Virus record (IMG/VR): IMGVR_UViG_3300032216_000217
Span: 1-29,102 of that record
Strand: one strand, 5' to 3'
DNA: 29,102 nt
Origin: a virus
Lineage: Duplodnaviria > Caudoviricetes
Positions within the stretch are counted from its first letter, which is position 1. Each line of letters starts with the position of its first letter. Shown one piece after another: positions 25,601 through 29,102 of this stretch. The position numbers were made by a program, and so were the translations under genes. The notes beneath the pieces are model-generated. The model did not search any database, was not told the DNA's origin, and saw only the letters and a program-made list of their open reading frames with translations.

Positions 25601-26860
25601 CACTTTGATGATGGCGGTTATGTCGACCCACTAGGTGCGCCTGACTATCAGACTGGTCAGACAAAAAACTTAGCAGAGATTGCTGGGCGCATGATTAGAG
25701 ACCAAGCCTCTAAAGAAGGCGCAGTCTTGAGCACGCCAGAAGGCCGCAGAGACATTGCATTGAAGGTGGCTTCGCATATGCCCGGCCTTGGCATGGGTGG
25801 TGATCTGGTTGCATTGGCTGACTGGGTGCAGACGTTAATACCCGGTCTGTACGAAGAGAAGCCAGCCTCAGTGCTCGATACAAAGAGAGCGCCAGCCCCT
25901 TTCCGCGATACCCGAGAGTTGCAACGCGTTCCCAAGTTTCCCTTGAGCAACATTGTTACCACGCCCAGCGGCGAGGCGTTCCAAGAAAAGTTTAAAGAAA
26001 TGGGCATCCAAGGCGAGAGCGAAGCGCCTGTGACCGAGTTCATTGGCTCTATGCTTACGCCCGGCGCAATTGCTAAGGCTCCCAAAGCGCCCCGCGCCAT
26101 TGAGGGTGGACTCAACTCAGTGACCGCCGCCGCACGCCGTCCATTCACCCCAGCAACTGGAACTGTTGAGGCGGTGTCGCCTGACTTGGCTAAGTTTAAA
26201 AACCAGCCCTTTCAAGACTATGTGACCAAGCAAATGATTGGTGAGGGTGCGGCTGTGCCTATGACCACAATGGGTGGCCGCAGGACAACGCAGAAGGCTG
26301 GACAAGGCGCATACCTCAACGAGGCTGGCGAGTTGGAATACAACCCTATGCTTGGCGTAACAATACCCCGCGCTGGCAACCTATCGACAAACAAAGCCTT
26401 GCGTGCAGACATGGCAACGGCTGGACAAGAGTTAGGCCAAGAGGCTATGGCCGCTCACCGTTTTGTGCCAATGTTGACCAATCAAATCAAAGATGCATCG
26501 GCCATGATGATTAGAGGGCCGGGTGGCCGTCCGCTTACAAACGAGCAGGTAAAGGCTTTGGCAAATGAGTTGCCCGGCATGATCGCTACCCACAGCCCAG
26601 CCAATGGTGGCTTGTTGGTCGCGCCATTTGGAATGACAAAAGGCCAAGTGCCTAAAGAGTTTTTGACCGCGCAATCGGTTGCTAGAAAGATTCTTGGCAA
26701 AGACGCAAAAATTCAATTTGGCAAGGCAGATGAAAAGAAAGATTTGATGTATATGCCACGCTCCACCTATGTTGAAGAAGGCGGGCGAGGCACATCGGCT
26801 GAAGTGCAAGACATACGCAACAAACTAAAGCGCATGGATAAGAACTTTGCAACGCAATAA
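22643..26860 (+). CDS. 1405-aa multidomain (polyvalent-type) protein between terL and portal
   Basis: Single long ORF; three modules separated by clusters of xxxGG motifs; N-terminal module has HhH-glycosylase-like motifs. Confidence 0.8.
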   Translation: MPDYPKLAKGLTSVVRGADEVAPAAVTAVSAAKAAKNARAFSDNLLQSNTAKIMEELMAANPKLTPEAAFKKAGEQAERKLTWEKETKPALVKQYGPLARASYEKTKVNKMQNTNEAVQKRIQKANDFLDQPTEPWTPPRPELQAFDRKSIQDALEGFPGVEQTAFPRDVPTRASTSHVEGLYTDPVNRELIKKQIMRGLPLGGETFYGSLYPIKQAVLEAGMPAEKFDKWVHSLAPASARNSIINETAVGQFLRDMNARGIPLTEENVATEMAKYSQKFGVSLPLMPVHRQGVANVLEGGQDLREMSKANIPTNYKIPTYGTQKTGDFGKSVVLDVHEAAGQTQGSKYHPYFKEQGGFGNTEYNAGEQGMMGIADELGIPGGMAQAGRWFGGGELTGLKSPRGDALDILERQVAYTLQQQGRQPNPANIREEILNQIRTGEGQLLPWYKSEGIPDVRETGLQRKDGGDVHNTTFTGGLSSIKNHFPDGGPVVTSPEDFQKQWSAYAGKTDDASVSARQALSSALENYQTNQNVQNLYNLDKGNANTFIADASAGLAPLSQGQDPDTQTYTPEAFKTMTAFEQALTAGNNQSTLAGRQNAANALMKEFQGTGDNPLLGQYNQLSGGTILPWQNGVPTPGMAGTSASSASVSSTPTANNTTSANASVKPLGILGTSTLIPGFSYPSSDASNTQPPVATDTRTDPATLKKIYGITNPALLTYIASTPELRDVDIKNLTLAFNSKTPQEVNALQTSGSTLNDLAYKELRNQEAEIQRKKDIANPNSWLYAKNTYDPTKDIKRQAMMFGQYAQDNQYSPLLNADEKSPSAKLNELKDMYKNQLDVKKDAMGFTHINTSEGIYTFDKNGKPVGFNLPSSDYRSQVQQTGTPNNLIDKYGNLSASDGFNQFGIYTGKKDGGSISGGSFTQRLNAAIERHMAGGGVVNMSDTTPDITDGENIIQHSFYAKGGNVHMPVRSLKQLKSTRLTGQSHFDDGGYVDPLGAPDYQTGQTKNLAEIAGRMIRDQASKEGAVLSTPEGRRDIALKVASHMPGLGMGGDLVALADWVQTLIPGLYEEKPASVLDTKRAPAPFRDTRELQRVPKFPLSNIVTTPSGEAFQEKFKEMGIQGESEAPVTEFIGSMLTPGAIAKAPKAPRAIEGGLNSVTAAARRPFTPATGTVEAVSPDLAKFKNQPFQDYVTKQMIGEGAAVPMTTMGGRRTTQKAGQGAYLNEAGELEYNPMLGVTIPRAGNLSTNKALRADMATAGQELGQEAMAAHRFVPMLTNQIKDASAMMIRGPGGRPLTNEQVKALANELPGMIATHSPANGGLLVAPFGMTKGQVPKEFLTAQSVARKILGKDAKIQFGKADEKKDLMYMPRSTYVEEGGRGTSAEVQDIRNKLKRMDKNFATQ

Positions 26861-26872
26861 CAAGGAATAACT

Positions 26873-29102
26873 ATGGCTACACAGATGCCCAACGACCCAG
26901 ACTTTGATCGATTCATTGATGGGATCAAGAACAACAAAGACGGCGGTGCTGACGTAGAGTTAGACGACGAGATGAGCGACGTTGAGGAAATGGAAGATGG
27001 CTCTGCCATTGTCCGCATGGGTATTGACAACGGCCCAGAGGAAGACCCAGACTTCTATGAGAACTTGTCCGAGTCGCTGGTCAATCTGTACGACCTAGAC
27101 AAAATCGGGATGCGTTATATCGACTTGATTGAAAAAGACAAGGAAGCCCGCAAGAATCGAGACAAGCAGTATGAAGAGGGATTGAAGCGCACAGGCTTGG
27201 GCAATGACAGCCCCGGCGGTGCTCAGTTCCAAGGCGCATCCAAGGTTGTCCACCCTGTTATGGCCGAGGCGTGTGTGGACTTTGCCGCTCGTGCTATCAA
27301 AGAACTGTTCCCACCAGATGGCCCCGTTCGCACCAAGATCATGGGCGAAGCCTCTGAGGAAAAGACCGAGCGTGCCGAGCGTAAGCGCGATTGGACAAAC
27401 TGGCAGTTGACTGAGCAGATCGAGGAATTCCGCGACGAGCAGGAGCAGTTGCTTACCCAACTACCTTTGGGTGGCTCACAGTACATGAAACTTTGGTACG
27501 ACGAGCAAAAGAAGCGCCCATGCGCTGAGTTTGTCCCTATTGATAACGTCATGCTCCCCTATGCGGCTGTGAACTTCTACACCGCCCAGCGCGTGACTGA
27601 GATGCAAGACATCACAGGCATGGAGTTCAAGCGACGTATTGACGCTGGCTTGTACCGCGACATAGATTTTATCCGTGCGACATCTGAACCAGAGCAAACG
27701 GCATCTGAGAAGGCCAACGACAAGATTGAGGGCAAGTCTTGGAGTGACAACGAGGATGGTCTGCGCAAGGTCTACCACGTCTACACATGGTTGGAACTTG
27801 ATGACGATCCTGTAACCAAGGGCGCACTCGCTCCTTACATCCTGATGTTGGACGACCTTGAGCACAAAGTGCTTGGTCTGTACCGCAATTGGGAAGAGGG
27901 CGACGACACGATGACCAAGTTGGATTGGCTCATTGAGTTCAAATTCATCCCTTGGAGGGGCGCATACGCTATCGGGCTACCCCAACTCATCGGTGGTCTA
28001 ACGGCGGCCTTGACGGGCGCTTTACGGGCTTTGATGGACACTGCGCACATCAATAACTCGGCCACTATGCTGAAGTTAAAAGGCGCAAAGGTTTCTGGTC
28101 AATCGCAAAGCATTGATGTAACGCAGGTAACGGAAATTGAGGCTGGCCCCGGCGTTAACGACATCCGCCAAATTGCTATGCCCATGCCATTTAACGCGCC
28201 CAGCCCCGTGCTGTTCCAATTGCTTGGCTGGCTGACAACCGCCGCCAAGGGCGTGGTCACCACCGCTGAGGAGAAAATTGGCGATGCATCTGCCAATACC
28301 CCAGTAGGAACCACGCAAGCATTGATTGAGCAGGGGGCCGCAGTGTTCTCCGCCATTCACGCCCGCTTGCATGACAGTCAACGCCGTGTGCTTGGGGTGC
28401 TAGGTCGCATCAACCGCTGGTACTTGGACGATATGCGCAAGGGTGACGACGTTGCCGAGTTGCCAATCAGCCGCGACGACTTTAAAAAGAACAGCGACAT
28501 TGTTCCAGTGTCTGACCCGCACATCTTCTCTGAGACCCAGCGTATGGCTCAGATGCAGGCGGTGTTGCAGATGTCCGCCGCAAACCCGGGGATGTTTGAC
28601 CAAAAAGCCGTGCTTAGTCGAATGCTCAAGCAGTTGAAAGTTCCTGATATTCAGGAGTTGTTGCCCAACGCTTCTAAGCCTATGGAGCACAACGCCGCAG
28701 ACGAGAACGCCGCTATGGCTTTGGGCAAGTCAGCCTTTGCCTACCCCGGCCAAGACCACCTTGCGCACATCCAAACCCATCTTACGTTTGGCCTCGATCC
28801 TGCGCTTGGTTCTAACAACCTGATTGCGCCAAAGTTCATCCCGCAGGCTTTGGAGCACATCAAGCAACACATGATGCTTTGGTACACCAGCCAGATGAAT
28901 GGCTACGTTACCGCAGGCACAGACCTCAAACTTGGCCCATACGAAGACAGCAAACTTGCTTCCGAGATCGACAAGGCTATGGCTATCGCCTCCGACCATG
29001 TCAAGTTGGATACCGCTGAGGTTTTCAAAGGTGTTATGCCAGCCCTCCAACAGTTGGGTCAAGTCATGCAACAGTTCAAGCCACCAGCCCCTCCAATGGA
29101 TG
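26873..29102 (+). CDS. Portal protein (3'-truncated; not in ORF track)
   Basis: AAGGA SD, ATG at 26873, open to the window end: MATQMPNDPDF...GASKVVHPVMAEACVDFAARAIKELFPPDGPV...LPLGGSQYMK...NTPVGTTQALIEQG...FSAIHARLH...PVSDPHIFS; motifs of podovirus portals; downstream of terL. Confidence 0.9.
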   Translation, partial: MATQMPNDPDFDRFIDGIKNNKDGGADVELDDEMSDVEEMEDGSAIVRMGIDNGPEEDPDFYENLSESLVNLYDLDKIGMRYIDLIEKDKEARKNRDKQYEEGLKRTGLGNDSPGGAQFQGASKVVHPVMAEACVDFAARAIKELFPPDGPVRTKIMGEASEEKTERAERKRDWTNWQLTEQIEEFRDEQEQLLTQLPLGGSQYMKLWYDEQKKRPCAEFVPIDNVMLPYAAVNFYTAQRVTEMQDITGMEFKRRIDAGLYRDIDFIRATSEPEQTASEKANDKIEGKSWSDNEDGLRKVYHVYTWLELDDDPVTKGALAPYILMLDDLEHKVLGLYRNWEEGDDTMTKLDWLIEFKFIPWRGAYAIGLPQLIGGLTAALTGALRALMDTAHINNSATMLKLKGAKVSGQSQSIDVTQVTEIEAGPGVNDIRQIAMPMPFNAPSPVLFQLLGWLTTAAKGVVTTAEEKIGDASANTPVGTTQALIEQGAAVFSAIHARLHDSQRRVLGVLGRINRWYLDDMRKGDDVAELPISRDDFKKNSDIVPVSDPHIFSETQRMAQMQAVLQMSAANPGMFDQKAVLSRMLKQLKVPDIQELLPNASKPMEHNAADENAAMALGKSAFAYPGQDHLAHIQTHLTFGLDPALGSNNLIAPKFIPQALEHIKQHMMLWYTSQMNGYVTAGTDLKLGPYEDSKLASEIDKAMAIASDHVKLDTAEVFKGVMPALQQLGQVMQQFKPPAPPMD

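Noticed and set aside
1-29102. Alternative genetic code or stop reassignment
   Set aside because: Standard code 11 gives intact, tightly coupled genes throughout.

Overview
About 29 kb of a tailed dsDNA phage genome (podovirus-like; the host cannot be determined from the sequence). The window starts inside the end of the virion module and ends inside the portal gene. Layout: (1) 1-8327, five + strand low-complexity virion/ejection-type genes, the last with a GH73 glucosaminidase domain, closed by an intrinsic terminator. (2) 8387-10568, a - strand recombination operon with a PD-(D/E)XK exonuclease and an SSB-like protein. (3) 10672-16091, a lambdoid-type + strand operon: Cro-like, DUF1376 initiator, stand-alone primase Zn-finger, DnaB-type helicase, RusA, Ref-like HNH. 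(4) 16.1-20.3 kb, small early genes including ArdC-like, driven by four similar sigma70-type promoters. (5) A structured non-coding cassette at about 20.35-20.57 kb. (6) terS, terL, a 1405-aa multidomain protein, and the portal (absent from the ORF track). No integrase, CI repressor, tRNA, CRISPR array or lysis cassette was seen. The most unusual signals are: recurrent x-x-x-GG motifs that delimit compositionally distinct modules in virion proteins, suggesting a processed 'payload polyprotein'; a pseudoknotted RNA cassette bracketed by an AAACC-N5-GGTTT element that also occurs at the likely origin; a GT(T/G)TAA-N7-TTAnAC operator regulon; and an AGCGAA element before many early start codons. 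All function calls rest on motif recognition by eye; no database searches were run.
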